A stretch of 64,000 nucleotides of DNA. It comes from Nemertoderma westbladi. Lineage: Eukaryota; Animalia; Xenacoelomorpha. Below are positions 25,521 to 38,317 of the stretch, one piece after another. The translations under genes were made by a program, and so were the position numbers. The first letter of the stretch is position 1. The number at the start of each line of letters is the position of its first letter. The DNA lies in NCBI GenBank assembly GCA_032718475.1, contig JAUCBJ010001142.1, positions 62,001-126,000 of the forward strand, given 5' to 3'. Under the pieces are notes generated by a model. The model did no database searches, was not told the origin of the DNA, and saw only the letters and a list, made by a program, of their open reading frames with translations.

Positions 25521-27188
25521 GGGTATATCTTTTGCGTAGAGGTATAGCCTACATAGAGGCTTTATGTAGGTATGTGTAGCCTACATGTAGATGCATGTGT
25601 AGGGTGAATGTAGGTAGGTGTAGTCCCATAGATATTAATGTAATTTATGTGTCAACTTGCAGTAACGTGATACACGGTCGTCAATCAGGATGTATGGCAA
25701 TAATCTCTGATCTCCACGGTACAATACGGTACATCAACCTGCAGACCTGTCTGCTGTCAGACAACAGGTTTTACTGCATACTGCAGTACCGGTACTGTAT
25801 AAATATCAAACATCGCGTTCTGATTATACTAAAGTCCCTTACTCGTCATAAATATTATGCCCTAATAAATTTGAGTATGCTAACGCCACGAAAGGCATCG
25901 TTCCATTAGATTAACTCGTTCTGATTTATATGTTTATTGAGTAAGAGTAACCTAAACAAGAACAGCCATCATCGCGGGGACTATAGTCTACCAGAAACCC
26001 TGACCCCCTTAGCCCCTCTTTATCTGTTTATCAACCATACATTCATGGGACTTGAACAGTACTTCAGCATTGAAATGTTTTGGACGTTTTGTTTTGAAAG
26101 TAAAAATATAGAAGTCTGGAAGTTTTGTTTGTTTTAATTTTTCAGGCAGTCACATTCCACCAACCAGCAACAGTCCCATCCCTTCCCACTATCCCGCGGA
26201 CCACCACACTGTTTCATTATAAAGTATTCCCATCTCGATGATGGGAATTAATCAGTAATCCGATGGGATTCAAATCCCATCTCGAAGTAACAGCAAAACA
26301 ATAACACGAAAGTCAATAGCTTTACAGTTATATTTGATTGCATTGAAAGTTAATAGAAAAAAAAAGTTAAATTGCATATCCATTAAAATATTATGAAGAA
26401 ATTGATATGGCAGTTTAGTAGATTAAAACGGCCACAGCAAGATTTATAAAATGAAAAATCAGCACAGCACACAATATTATCAATATAGACATTGAAGACA
26501 ATTTAATAAACAAATACTATAAAAAAAATATCTACTAACAATCAATACATGATATATATAATATATATAATATATATACATCAGCGACTACCATCGCCAC
26601 TCTGGTTCAATCAGTCAGTCTGGTATCATTGTTAGCGTTTTGTTGAATTACCCACTCATCCTCAGACCCTCATGGACACCGACGACGAGCTCTAACCCTA
26701 ACCGTTAGTCGATTCCTCCTTGACTGGAAACATCAGGTTCGGGCCGTTCGGCCCATACAAAGTCATTAGCCTCCATGCCTGAACCCGCAGGATCATAAGA
26801 TCTACATAGTATGTATCGGTATATCGTTCAGTCGTTTTTTCCTTTGTCAGTACTGTAGTATTGATAGGCTCCGTCTCGTGGGTATTCAGGGGACGCCCAT
26901 TCGACGTATTCGCATCTCCTCCTGGTTGTTTCGGTTACCACCGCCCGCCATATGCGCATCTCTTCGTGGTTGTTCCGGGTACCACCGGGTTCGGGTTCGC
27001 CGCATTCGCATCTCATCGAGGAAGTTCGGGTCCGGGTACCCCGTGTAGGCCTATTCATTCATCATTGTTGTTTTTAAAGACCTACCTACACCTACCTACA
27101 TTCACCCTACACGTGCATCTACATGTAGGCTACACATACCTACATGTAGCCTCTATGTAGGCTATACCTCTACGCAAAAGTTATACCC
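25521..27188. mobile_element. Non-autonomous Mutator-like (MULE) element
   Basis: ~100-bp TIRs (GGGTATATCTTTTGCGTAGAGGTATAGCCTAC... / ...GTAGGCTATACCTCTACGCAAAAGTTATACCC) and a perfect 9-bp TSD CTGCGGTAC (25512-25520 and 27189-27197). Confidence 0.88.
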
Positions 27189-27450
27189 CTGCGGTACAGC
27201 GGTATGTTAAAAAATATTTACAAATCGGACACAACTACAGTTACAGACTGACAGAACTGAAACTACAGTACTAACGTACAGTTACCGGGAGTTAACTCAG
27301 TAACTGGTTAATTAAATTAACACAGTAACAGTAGGTCTAAGATTATAAAAATGCTCTAAAATAGTAAAATAAGACTGTTTGTTTAGGCTACAGGTTTAGG
27401 CCCTACACAGGTTTAGTTTTTGATTTGTATTAATTAAAAGCAAAAGAGCA

Positions 27451-28011
27451 ATGGAAAGCGAACAATTAGACTTGTTACATCCCGAAGTGATGAGTAGCGA
27501 GACTCTAACCAAACTCCTACGTAGCCGATGTGTGGCTCTGGGGGATTCGCCAACTCGAGATAATTTACTGAGTCTGTACAACCGGGTCGTGCTGCCTTTA
27601 CCACAACGTCCGTTAAAACGTAAGCGACCCGCAGAAAGCCATGCCGTCGGTTCCGATACCAGGAAGGGGTTGAAGCGTTTACCTTCCCCCGTGAGAATCG
27701 CTACCGGTACCGGGGGGTCGACAGACAGACTGAAACCGCCTCCTTTATTGCGTCATAAACTCGTGAAAGTTCAGCGGAAATCTTTAGATTCTTCGGAGCG
27801 GAAAGAATCTAGTCCGAAAATCTGCCGAACATTGAGTAGAACCGGAACCAATTCGGATTATGTTAGGTCTGGTAGGCCTACCGTAATATCTACCTCTACT
27901 AATAAAGATTCCAGATCTAGTTCTACTAAATCTTCTTCTATTATTAGAACTCAAGTTTGTTCTCCTCCCCTCTCAAAGAAATTTAAGAGTGTCACCATTT
28001 CCTGGCCGTAA
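27451..28011 (+). CDS. C2orf49: Ashwin (tRNA-ligase complex subunit) homolog, single exon, 186 aa
   Basis: Ashwin-type motifs LLHPE.MS...L..LL..R, L..LY.RVVLPLPQR, TDRLKPPP and C-terminal KKFK..ISWP. Confidence 0.85.
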   Translation: MESEQLDLLHPEVMSSETLTKLLRSRCVALGDSPTRDNLLSLYNRVVLPLPQRPLKRKRPAESHAVGSDTRKGLKRLPSPVRIATGTGGSTDRLKPPPLLRHKLVKVQRKSLDSSERKESSPKICRTLSRTGTNSDYVRSGRPTVISTSTNKDSRSSSTKSSSIIRTQVCSPPLSKKFKSVTISWP

Positions 28012-29026
28012 AGGCTGAAAGGCTTGAATGGAATAACGTCTTTGATTACTGGATTAGTTTATATAATACAAACCTTACGTGATATGTTTTGGGTGAGTGA
28101 GTTAGTCTGTCACGATTACAGATTTCTTATTTTTTGTTTCTGATTGACTAAATAATTGCGATACTTTAAAAATATATACCAGTTAAAATAAGATCACAAA
28201 TCAATAATCATTGAAAATACTGATTATAAAGTTAACAAAGATAATTATTTAACTTTCTTTTTATAAATATAACGGAAAATATATACGTATATCAAAAGTT
28301 GAAGCACAAAATACCAGTGGAATTTTACAATATTTTTGGCCTCAAACTCCGAATGTCAGAACATAAATCGCTGTCCAAACTACGGGAAATTATAGCTAAG
28401 CGTTATTGTTTCGATCGACTGTGATTGTGTTTACTAAATATTTATTACACTTTTTAGAATAATTGCTATATAATTAACTAAATAGACGATTAGTCCCCAT
28501 TCCGGATATTGTAATTATTTATTACGCTTGGGAATAAATTAAATTATTTTTACTATTATATTTACAATTATTTGCCTCGGTAATAAAAAGCTGATAATTA
28601 GGCCGAATAGTAGGGTAGCCGATGTTTTAGTATTAAAGATTGGACTTTCTTCCTACAAATACGTCGATACAAGTGAAACAAAGGCCACTTATATTTTCCT
28701 AAAAATTCAGATTATTCAAGTACTGTGAGGGGTGTGAGCTTTTAACAATATACAATTCTAGTTCAAAATACAAGATACAATTCGCAAACTGCAGTTAACA
28801 ATTTCCGGTGTTGCAGTTTACTGTAAATTAATGTATTGGGCATATCGTTCACATTTCATTTCGTATCATGGGATCACCAGTTTATAGCGGCAATGGGAGG
28901 TGAATAGGAATTTTTTGGAATAAAATTGCGTTTATGATGAGAAATAATCAATATTGGCTTTTATTATTTTTATACTTTAGGAATTCGCACGTATTTTTAT
29001 AAGGAAGAAAAAATATTAGGGACGGA

Positions 29027-29109
29027 TTGTGGGGCGAGCCACGAAGTTGGCGGAGCCTTAGCGAATTGACACTGTTAGGGGGTGGGTCAATTTATGCAAA
29101 TAGTTGTCG

Positions 29110-29141
<32 letters not shown>

Positions 29142-31195
29142 GTCGTTACGATTTTGACATGCTAATAACTTTGTCGGATTTAAAGCTGCCAAGTTGAAAA
29201 TTTGTAGGTATCAATATGAGCAAAAGTTGAGATTTTTGAGAGACTTTCAGACACCATCAGTGCAATGGTCTCCCGCTAGAGGGCCACATGTCTAAACATT
29301 AAATGCCCTCCCATTTCTTTGCTTTTAATCCGTTTAAGCTGAAACTTGGCAGATATGTATTAGACCATTAGCTGTGACTTTCAAAGGAGGCGAATCCATC
29401 TACAGTTCTCCAGTCTGCCGCTAGAGGGCCAAAGGTCTGAAAGTGAAATCGTTGTCGTCGTTACGATTTTGACATGCTAATAACTTTGTCGGATTTAAAG
29501 CTGCCAAGTTGAAAATTTCTAGGTATCAATATGAGCTAAAGTTGAGATTTTTGAGAGACTTTCAGACACCATCAGTGCAATGGTCTCCCGCTAGAGGGCC
29601 ACATGTCTAAACATTAAATGCCCTCCCATTTCTTTGCTTTTAATCCGTTTAAGCTGAAACTTGGCAGATATGTATTAGACCATTAGCTGCGACTTTCAAA
29701 GGAGGCGAATCCATCTGCAGTTCTCCAGTCTGCCGCTAGAGGGCCAAAGGTCTGAAAGTGAAATCGTTGTCGTCGTTACGATTTTGACATGCTAATAACT
29801 TTGTCGGATTTAAAGCTGCCAAGTTTAAATTTTCTAGGTATCAATATGAGCTAAAGTTGAGATTTTTGAGAGACTTTCAGACACCATCAGTGCAATGGTC
29901 TCCCGCTAGAGGGCCACATGTCTAAACATTAAATGCCCTCCCATTTCTTTGCTTTTAATCCGTTTAAGCTGAAACTTGGCAGATATGTATTAGACCATTA
30001 GCTGTGACTTTCAAAGGAGGCGAATCCATCTGCAGTTCTCCAGTCTGCCGCTAGAGGGCCAAAGGTCTGAAAGTGAAATCGTTGTCGTCGTTACGATTTT
30101 GACATGCTAATAACTTTGTCGGATTTAAAGCTGCCAAGTTGAAAATTTCTAGGTATCAATATGAACAAAAGTTGAGATTTTTGAGAGACTTTCAGACACC
30201 ATCAGTGCAATGGTCTCCCGCTAGAGGGCCACATGTCTAAACATTAAATGCCCTCCCATTTCTTTGCTTTTAATCCGTTTAAGCTGAAACTTGGCAGATA
30301 TGTATTAGACCATTAGCTGTGACTTTCAAAGGAGGCGAATCCATCTGCAGTTCTCCAGTCTGCCGCTAGAGGGCCAAAGGTCTGAAAGTGAAATCGTTGT
30401 CGTCGTTACGATTTTGACATGCTAATAACTTTGTCGGATTTAAAGCTGCCAAGTTGAAAATTTCTAGGTATCAATATGAGCTAAAGTTGAGATTTTTGAG
30501 AGACTTTCAGACACCATCAGTGCAATGGTCTCCCGCTAGAGGGCCACATGTTTAAACATTAAATGCCCTCCCATTTCTTTGCTTTTAATCCGTTTAAGCT
30601 GAAACTTGGCAGATATGTATTAGACCATTAGCTGTGACTTTCAACCAGTCTGCCGCTAGAGGGCCAAATGTCTGAAAGTGAAATCGTTGTCGTCGTTATG
30701 ATATTGACATGCTTATAACTTTGTCGAATTTAAAGCTGCCAAGTTGAAAATTTGTTTTGTTGAAAATCAGTTCAACAGTCACCCGCTATAGGACTACTTT
30801 ATGCCTGAAAGTGAATAGATTCTCCCGTCTCATTGATTTTAATCAGTTTAAGCTGAATCTTGCCATATATTCTGGACCACATGCTGCGTCTTTGTGGGGG
30901 GGGGGGGGGGGGGGGGGGGGGAAATTTCTGAAAGTGAGATCCGTCTCTCATTTCGTTATCCGTTATTCAAGATGAAACTTGGCCGATGTACGTATGTACT
31001 ATTCATCCATAGGCTGTGTCTTTGTGGGGCTGGAGACCCTAATCCATCTTCAGTTCTCACTATACCGCTAGAGTCAGAAATGTCTGAATAGAAATGAAAG
31101 AGGTAAAAAGTGATTAGGCGAAATCTGCTAATACTTTCGAATTAGTACTTAAATTAAATTTAAGTCACGTGCTGCGCGAAGGCCCCACTTCGTGT
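29027..31195 (+). mobile_element. HINE/DINE-1-like non-autonomous Helentron-type element with central tandem array
   Basis: 5' TTGTGGGGCGAGCCACGAAGT and 3' GGCCCCACTTCGTGTT (short subterminal inverted repeats), a (GTC)n microsatellite at ~29105-29145, then the tandem array. No TSD. Confidence 0.6.
29136..30760. repeat. 315-bp tandem repeat, ~5.2 near-identical copies, each with two CCGCTAGAGGGCCA motifs
   Basis: GTTGTCGTCGTTACGATTTTGACATGC recurs at ~29136, 29451, 29766, 30081 and 30396, with a variant at ~30686 after a shortened fifth unit. Confidence 0.95.
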
Positions 31196-33811
31196 TATAT
31201 ATGCAAACAGTTCCATGGAGGACAGTTGTGTATCTGTATGTACAGCAGAAATATTTATACATATTTTCTTAAATTATATATTATGTTTCTATGTTTGTTT
31301 GTCTCTAATTTTGAGTTATGCATTGTTCCAATTTCGAAAATATAGTAACAAAGAATAACTTTTTTATTTAACTTTCATTTGAATGAGTCGTTGGTTGAAA
31401 AATTACGATAATCAATAAAAGGGGAGGGGGTGGGGGATTTTCTGACCAAATAGTCAAATCTTTGAAATATATCTTATCTGATGCTGAATTTCATGCTGAA
31501 TCCAAATTTGGAAACGATTTTTTCAATATCTTGCTTACTTTTCGAGATATTTTGGGTTGAAGATACTGATTATGAAGCAACATAACATTAATTTGGGTAA
31601 AATATGCTCTCTGCACATTTTGTTCAATTTATAATTGCTCAGCCTTTGTCAAACCAAATTGTAACTTTGTCCTCTGAGAAAAGAGCTTTCGTTTCGAATG
31701 TGCCTAAAATGAACTTCGTGAAATTTAATTTGCGGTATAGCATGAATATTTCCCGCCATTAATTGTTTTGTTTATTACTCGAAATTGATTGACCGAGCGG
31801 TAGAGAGGATAAAACAGCATACGAGCTGCAAAACAACTTCTGTAGTAGCCATTACTTTGATGCTACATTTCGTGTCCAGTTCAGTGAAGATTTGTTTTCT
31901 ACTTAGTGAGTATCCTTATTATTTGATTTTATCCAAAGTGAATTTAATCCAGGTTTATTCAAGTGGTCAATTTATTCCAGTTTCCCCTGCAAGTGATAAT
32001 TTTAGACAAGTTTCCTACAGTTTTGAGTTTACCACAAGTAAGTGGTAAATTTATGCCAGTTTAATACAAGAGGTAAATTTATGAATTTATTGTTGTCCTC
32101 CATCGTAATATAAAGTGCGCTATATAAGTTAGCTATTATGGTTGGATACCACCACACCAGGACTAATAGCTATGCTAGTGCCGCCCTGATGTGGAGTGTA
32201 GGGGTGGGGTTTATGGGTAAGTTCCCACTAGTGGCTGCCATGCCTGCTACAAAATGCAATTATTTACATAAATAACAAACTAAAGTACCAACATATAGTA
32301 TCCAATAAACAGGTATGACAAAATAGTAAATAAAGATAATATCTAAAATTATTACACTGGTAGTCGTTACCTTAACATCAGAAAAAATAAACAAATTCAC
32401 ACCCCAGTTTCCTGCAAGTGGTAAATGTTTGCCAGTTTCATTGGCAGCGCACTGCCCATTGGTATAATTTACAGTATTTTGTTTGTGAATAATAAAAGTT
32501 TATTTAACAAGATGGAGGAAACCTTTTACAATAATAATTGGCAACCGAGAGATTTCTAATAGTAATTGATATAAAATATCAACAAAGCAATCGCTTCTCT
32601 CAGTTCTGTTTGTTCTCAAACATAATAAACTCATTAGAATTCTATATAGCTGTGGGAATCGCATGTAAGCAATTAGCCGCAGGGGACTCAATGGGAATCC
32701 CTAATAGATCCAGTTGCCTCGCGTAGATCCCGCGGAATCTCCAGTTCCGTGGATTACCTTACTGCGCAGGACTCACGCTGCCCTTTACTCAAGTTATTAT
32801 CCAATCAAAAATCCGCTGCTTTTTTCCAAATCCTCTTCCACTTTATGTAAGAAGCGAGTCAACAAACTAATCTTTTAATACTATTATTTTTTTTATATAA
32901 ATACAGTATTACAAAAATGTTACTGATTACAGCAAATAAATATTAAATAACTATTTATTACATGAAAAATGTAGGCCTTTTTACCTACTCACACTGATAT
33001 GTATAATTTGCCAGGCGGACGATTTTATTTATACATTAAGTAAAGGAAAAAAAATACTATTTGTTTTTCATAATATAATGCCTACTTTTTTCCACAAAAT
33101 TCCCTTTCACTTTCTATTAGCCTACTCGCCAAAACTAGCCAAACTCGCCAAGTATTTCATCAGAAGGTCAAAAAAAGTAATGGATGGAGGTGGTACCCGG
33201 ATTGCAGTTGTGCAGCAGTCTTAGAAACGGTCATAGAATATCCGCAATTTTTATAAAAAATCAAATCAGCTGTTTTTTATCCATTCTATGTATTTGGACG
33301 TAAATTGACCGCCATTTTTAGGAAAACAAGTTTCCCTTAATTCACATTCTTCCACGAATTTGTAAGGACCAAGTCTAATCTTCATACTTAAAACGTCTGT
33401 TATGCTGTAAATCGATTAAATGCTGTAATTTTGTGGAATTTAAATATGTTTTGCACTTTTAATTTAATAATTTATTTGTATATTTATATACCGGTACAGA
33501 CATCATGTCACTATATGCCAGGACATGGCCTAATTTATTTACTAAAATGATGTATATGGATAGTTTGTTGCTATTAGAGTCCTCCTTGGCGCCCATTGGT
33601 TGCTATGAGAGTCCTCATTGACGCCCATTGGTTGCTATGCAGGTCCATCCCGTAGATATTTCGTTTAATGAGATTGATATCGAAAGTTCTGATATTTACG
33701 ACCACACTAAACTATCACACCCGAAATCAGTAAGAATTATATACAATTAAATTAATAATGTTACTAATATTAATAATTTGCTAAATATTAATATTAACAA
33801 TGGCTGCTTAA

Positions 33812-34983
33812 CCCTACAGTATCTGGCCCGGGCTATTTTACAACGTATGTAAACAAACGTATTAGAAATTTTTTAGATCTTAGCTCAAAAATTTCAATTT
33901 TGTTGGTACAGTAAGCTGGTTTTCAAGGTCGTGGCTGATCCCGATAAAACTTGTTAAAATATTTTCTGGCAATGCAAATAACATTTTTGGTGCTATTTTG
34001 GTCCCGCAGGACGAAAAGAACAATAAAAAAATTTCAAAATAAGAAATGTTGTGTTTGGTTTGATAATTCCGAAGGTCGCTGACGGGTTTTCGAGGTCGCT
34101 GATCACAAATGAAACTAATTTTAAATATTTCTGGTAAGTGCAAACCCAATTTTTCCGGAATGAAAATTAAAAGTAGCACAAAATTATAAACTGTTAAATT
34201 TTGCCTTACTGCAACTCGTTAAAAATTATTCGTGGTAACAACACTATCATTTTTGGTGCTTGTCAGGTGGGATGAAAATACAAGTAGCAAAAAATGTCAA
34301 ACGTCAAAAATCGAATTTGGTTGGAAAATACGATAATTTTGAGTGTCATATTCAGAACCAGCGTCCCAGAAAACCCATAATGTCGAAAAATCAGGTTGAT
34401 TTGGTAATGATTTTTGATTATCAAATTTGTGCTTATACTTATGTATTTTTCGTGTTGCACATTGGCACATATCCAGAAGAAATTGCCTAATCAACAATAT
34501 ACGATATTTCAGTTTCATATTCGTGATCAGCATCCCAAAAAACCCTTATGGTCATAAAGTAAATTTGATTTTGTGGTGATTTTTCATTACCATATTTGCA
34601 CTTCTTGTTTTTTTCGTGCCCAAGTGGGCACATTCTTTTGAAAATTTTAGCACGAAAAATAAGGGATCTAGGGGTCTTAACCTCGAATGATAGTTTATTT
34701 TACCGAAAATAACTTATAATAATAACCTATAATAAATGTATAATAACAAATACCTCGAAAAATACAGCTTGCCAACACATTGTTACTTTCAATATTAGAA
34801 AGGGAACTAACATAGCCATCTAAATGGCGTTTGTTCTATTGGATAGCACATTAAATTGTAGGAAAAGTCACAAGATCTCGGTTTTTCCAATAAACCAGGC
34901 TCAATGATACAGATGAATTTTAAAAAAATTTATAAATTAACCCCCCCCCCCCCCCCCCCCCCGGGCGAAATGGCGAAATAGGG
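33812..34983. mobile_element. Possible degenerate piggyBac-like non-autonomous element
   Basis: TTAA|CCCT left end and AGGG|TTAT right end, with CCCGGG near both. Internal GGTTTTC(G/A)AGGTCG and inverted CAGC.TCCCA.AAAACCC repeats. Confidence 0.4.
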
Positions 34984-36128
34984 TTATAGTTGTTAAGGTA
35001 AGGCAGCCCTTACCTTAACTGAACTACTCTAAATGCCCTTTTAAATATTTAGAGTTGTTCAAAAAGTAAATGTGTATTTATATTTGTCAAGTTAATATAA
35101 AACGACACTTACAGTAGTTCAGTGGGTTTGACAGTGTTAAAGTTTTACACAATATTATTAGATCCTTTCGCAAAATATAACGAAGGTCAAAAAATATTAT
35201 TGATGTAGAACATACATTATTTCTTTAAGTAACACAGCGAATGCTTTCAACAATACAGCATTAGGGATTTATAGCCTTCTAAGCCATCGCGTTTGCTCAA
35301 ACGCAACATTTCTGGGTAAGCTAAGCTAAATAGGGGATTGTTGAGTCACCTTTTAAGAGAGTGGCTGTGAATGTAGCTTTAACTAACTTCAGTTAAAGAT
35401 ACATTTAAATTATTTGAATAGCATAAATGTTGGGCCTATGTAATTTAACTAAACATTTACCATAAGGAACGACATTCGAAGTGTGTTTCCATTTCATTCG
35501 GGCAGCAGATCTGACTCTAGTATAATTCAGTGCAGTCTATAATGGGTTCAGCGCTCTTCCAATTGGAATAGGAAGTAAAAATAAACGACCAGGAATAGGA
35601 ACACCCATCAGGCTGGATGGTCGAAAATTGTATTGGGGTTACAAATAAATTCATATCAAGTGTAGAATTTGGTGACTTTTTAACCTTAATGATGTCAGTT
35701 GTGCATCAGTCAAAACATTTTCTATAAATACTTCCAGGCCATAATGACATACTGTACTATGTATGCTGGACTATACATACACCTCGTTGGTTTAATAAAC
35801 GATGCGTTAGGGTCAAAACTTATAGAAACTAAACAATAAACGAAATATTGTTATTATTTTAGTCATTGAAGTGGGGAAACATTCTAGGGTATAATACAAT
35901 GCCAGCCATTAATTCGGCAGAAAATGGAAACTCGGTTTATCTTAAATGCAAACATTTATAAACTGTTGTACCATTATTTTATAAATTTTCAATTTCTCGG
36001 GCTTGAAATGGGTGGGGGTAATGCTATTGGGCATGAGGCATTGCTGGGTAATAATTGGAAGATTATATTTAACCATGATATGGCTACCCATAGGCCTTAT
36101 CCGCCTTGGCTCTCCCCCTAATGGATTG

Positions 36129-36420
36129 GGGGACGTTAGTGCCCGCGAGACGTTAGTGCCCGCGGGCACTAACGTCTTAGGACTTTAGTGCCCGCGAGTC
36201 ATTAGTGCCCGGGAACCATGTCTGCAAGCGAGACGTTAGTGCCCGCGAGACGTTAGTGCCCGCGGGCACTAATGTCTCAGGACTTTAGTGCCCGCGAGTC
36301 ATTAGTGCCCGAGGACCTTGTCTGCAATTGAGACGTTAGTGCCCACGAGTCATTAGTGCCCGAGGACCTTGTCTGCAAGTGAGACGTTAGTGCCCGCGAG
36401 TCATTATTAGTCCCCGCACT
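36129..36420. repeat. Cluster of TTAGTGCCCG(CGAG) direct and inverted repeats, probably one transposon terminus
   Basis: More than 10 copies of TTAGTGCCC, including the palindrome GACGTTAGTGCCCGCGGGCACTAACGTC. No partner end found. Confidence 0.6.
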
Positions 36421-36617
36421 GAATTTGGAAGTTAGTATAAGGCAATCCGTTTTTCTTCTTACTTATAGTGAGACAACGGCCTCCTCCATTAACATACACT
36501 AATTTAATTAATTCCCTAATTTAATTAACTAAAAGTACTACTTTACTTTTAATTCGTCGACAAAATGTCAGACAGTCGACTGAATATTTTTCTTGAAATC
36601 ATTAATCCATTTCAATA

Positions 36618-38317
36618 CACCATGTCCTGGAATATAGTGTCGTTATATTGATGTACAGTACCTGGACCCCCCAGCCCCCCCCCCCCCCCCCCAAAATTTT
36701 TCTACAAATCTTAATGAGATAGCATGAAATTTGAAACAGAGATAGTTTCACCTCCCTCCTCCTTGCTGGGTGAGCCAGAATTTTATTTTTGATTTCATTC
36801 TTTAGCGTTTGAAAACGGTGTCTCCGTCGGTATTGCGTCAGTTACACCGCAGTTATTCTTCAACCTTATAGCGATTTGTTGATATTGACGGATAGCTGGC
36901 CATACAAGGATTCCAAATATGTATCATAATCTGAATTTGGTCGTAAAATAGATAAGATATGAACGTTCAAATGTCGCATGATTTAGCATCTGCGCGAGGC
37001 TATTTTATTATATTTAAATAACAATCCATATTCTAGAACACCATGGTTTTCAGAACAGAAGGTCGGGGGGCTGGCCATTCGTCGCCACAATGAGATCCGG
37101 GATGTCTTCGGTGACCTACTGGCGGGGGCTTTCGGTTCGAACAATGTCGAAAGGGAGGTCACCCTGTCTGGAGGTCACCTGGACTCCCAGGGGCATGTGG
37201 TCGAGAGGGTGAGGGCTGATCTGGTCTCACGGGGTGTTTGGGCGAACCAGGTAGTGGCGTCTTTCGACGTCTCGATTGTAAATCTTGACGCCACTTTCTA
37301 CGTTCGCTCCAACAGCTCCGCTGAGACCTTACTCGCCCAGAGGGAGCGGGTCAAACGCGTCCACTACCAGGAGGCCTGCGAAACACGCAGGATGCACTTC
37401 ACACCGCTCGTGTGTTCCACTGATGGAGTGTGGGGTGCGGAGGCGACGGTCTTCATCCGGCACCTTGCTGAGACTCTGCAGTCTCAGCAGGTCGGGATGA
37501 GGCAGCATGGGTTGGGGGTGATGCTGGGTGCGGTGAGGCGACGGTTGCAGTTCGGTCTCCTTCGGGCGACCTCTCTGTGCCTGAGGGGTGGGAGGAGGCC
37601 TTGGCGGGGTCTCGGGTGTGGGGATGGGGCGGGGATTCGGGGGATAGACCAGGACATGTACTAGGGGGGACGGGGTTTGCTGTTGTTGTCGTTCTTCGGG
37701 GGGGAATGGGCAAGATAATTTAATATTGTATAACCCGGTTTACTTATTGTCAGTTATCGGTTGATTTTGGTGAACTGTAGTTGTAAACGCTCAATTAATG
37801 TAAATATATTAATAATATATATATAAAAAAATATTCTAGAACACTTTGTTTATATACGAATAGCTACGCAATAGTATGATTACAGAGTTATTGCATTGTT
37901 GCCCAGCTACGTATGGGATAAACAACATGTTCTAGAATATGGTGTATTTTTTTTATAGAATAAAATATCCTTTCGCAGGTGTAAAACCATGCAACTTTAG
38001 AATGCCCATATCTCAGCGGTTTTACGACGAAATTCAGATTGTGATACATATTTGGAATCCTTGCACGGTCAGCTTTCCGTTAACAACAAATCGCTATAAG
38101 GTTGAAGAATAACTTCGGTGTAACTGGCGCAATACCGACGGAGACGCTTTTTTCAAACGCTTGTAGCTAAAGAATGAAAGCAAAAATAAAAAGTCTGTCT
38201 CACCCAGCAAGGAGGAGGGAGGTGAAACTATCTCTGTTTCAAATTTCATGCTATCTCATTAAGATTTGTAGAAAAATTAGGTACCTGAATAACGACACTA
38301 TATTCCAGGACATGGTG
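36618..38317. mobile_element. TA-flanked long-TIR (fold-back) MITE, Tc1/mariner-like, interrupted by a LINE
   Basis: TA|CACCATGTCCTGGAATATAGTGTCGTTAT ... ATAACGACACTATATTCCAGGACATGGTG|TA. The arms are inverted over ~400 bp. Confidence 0.88.
37042..37830 (+). mobile_element. 5'-truncated non-LTR retrotransposon with restriction-like endonuclease (CRE/NeSL/R2 group)
   Basis: GGLAIRRHNEIRD..RADLVSRG..FDVSIV..KRVHY..FTPLVCSTDG is the RLE domain (stop at 37664). A-rich tail and perfect 14-bp TSD ATATTCTAGAACAC (37028-37041 and 37831-37844). Confidence 0.9.

Noticed and set aside
26828-27058. GRF zinc-finger-like ORF (CECG..CEYVEW) inside the MULE
   Set aside because: The third Cys and the GRF motif are missing, and the region is built from short repeats.
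35150-35760. Possible decayed transposase or the missing PDCD5 5' exon
   Set aside because: No convincing motif in any frame I read.
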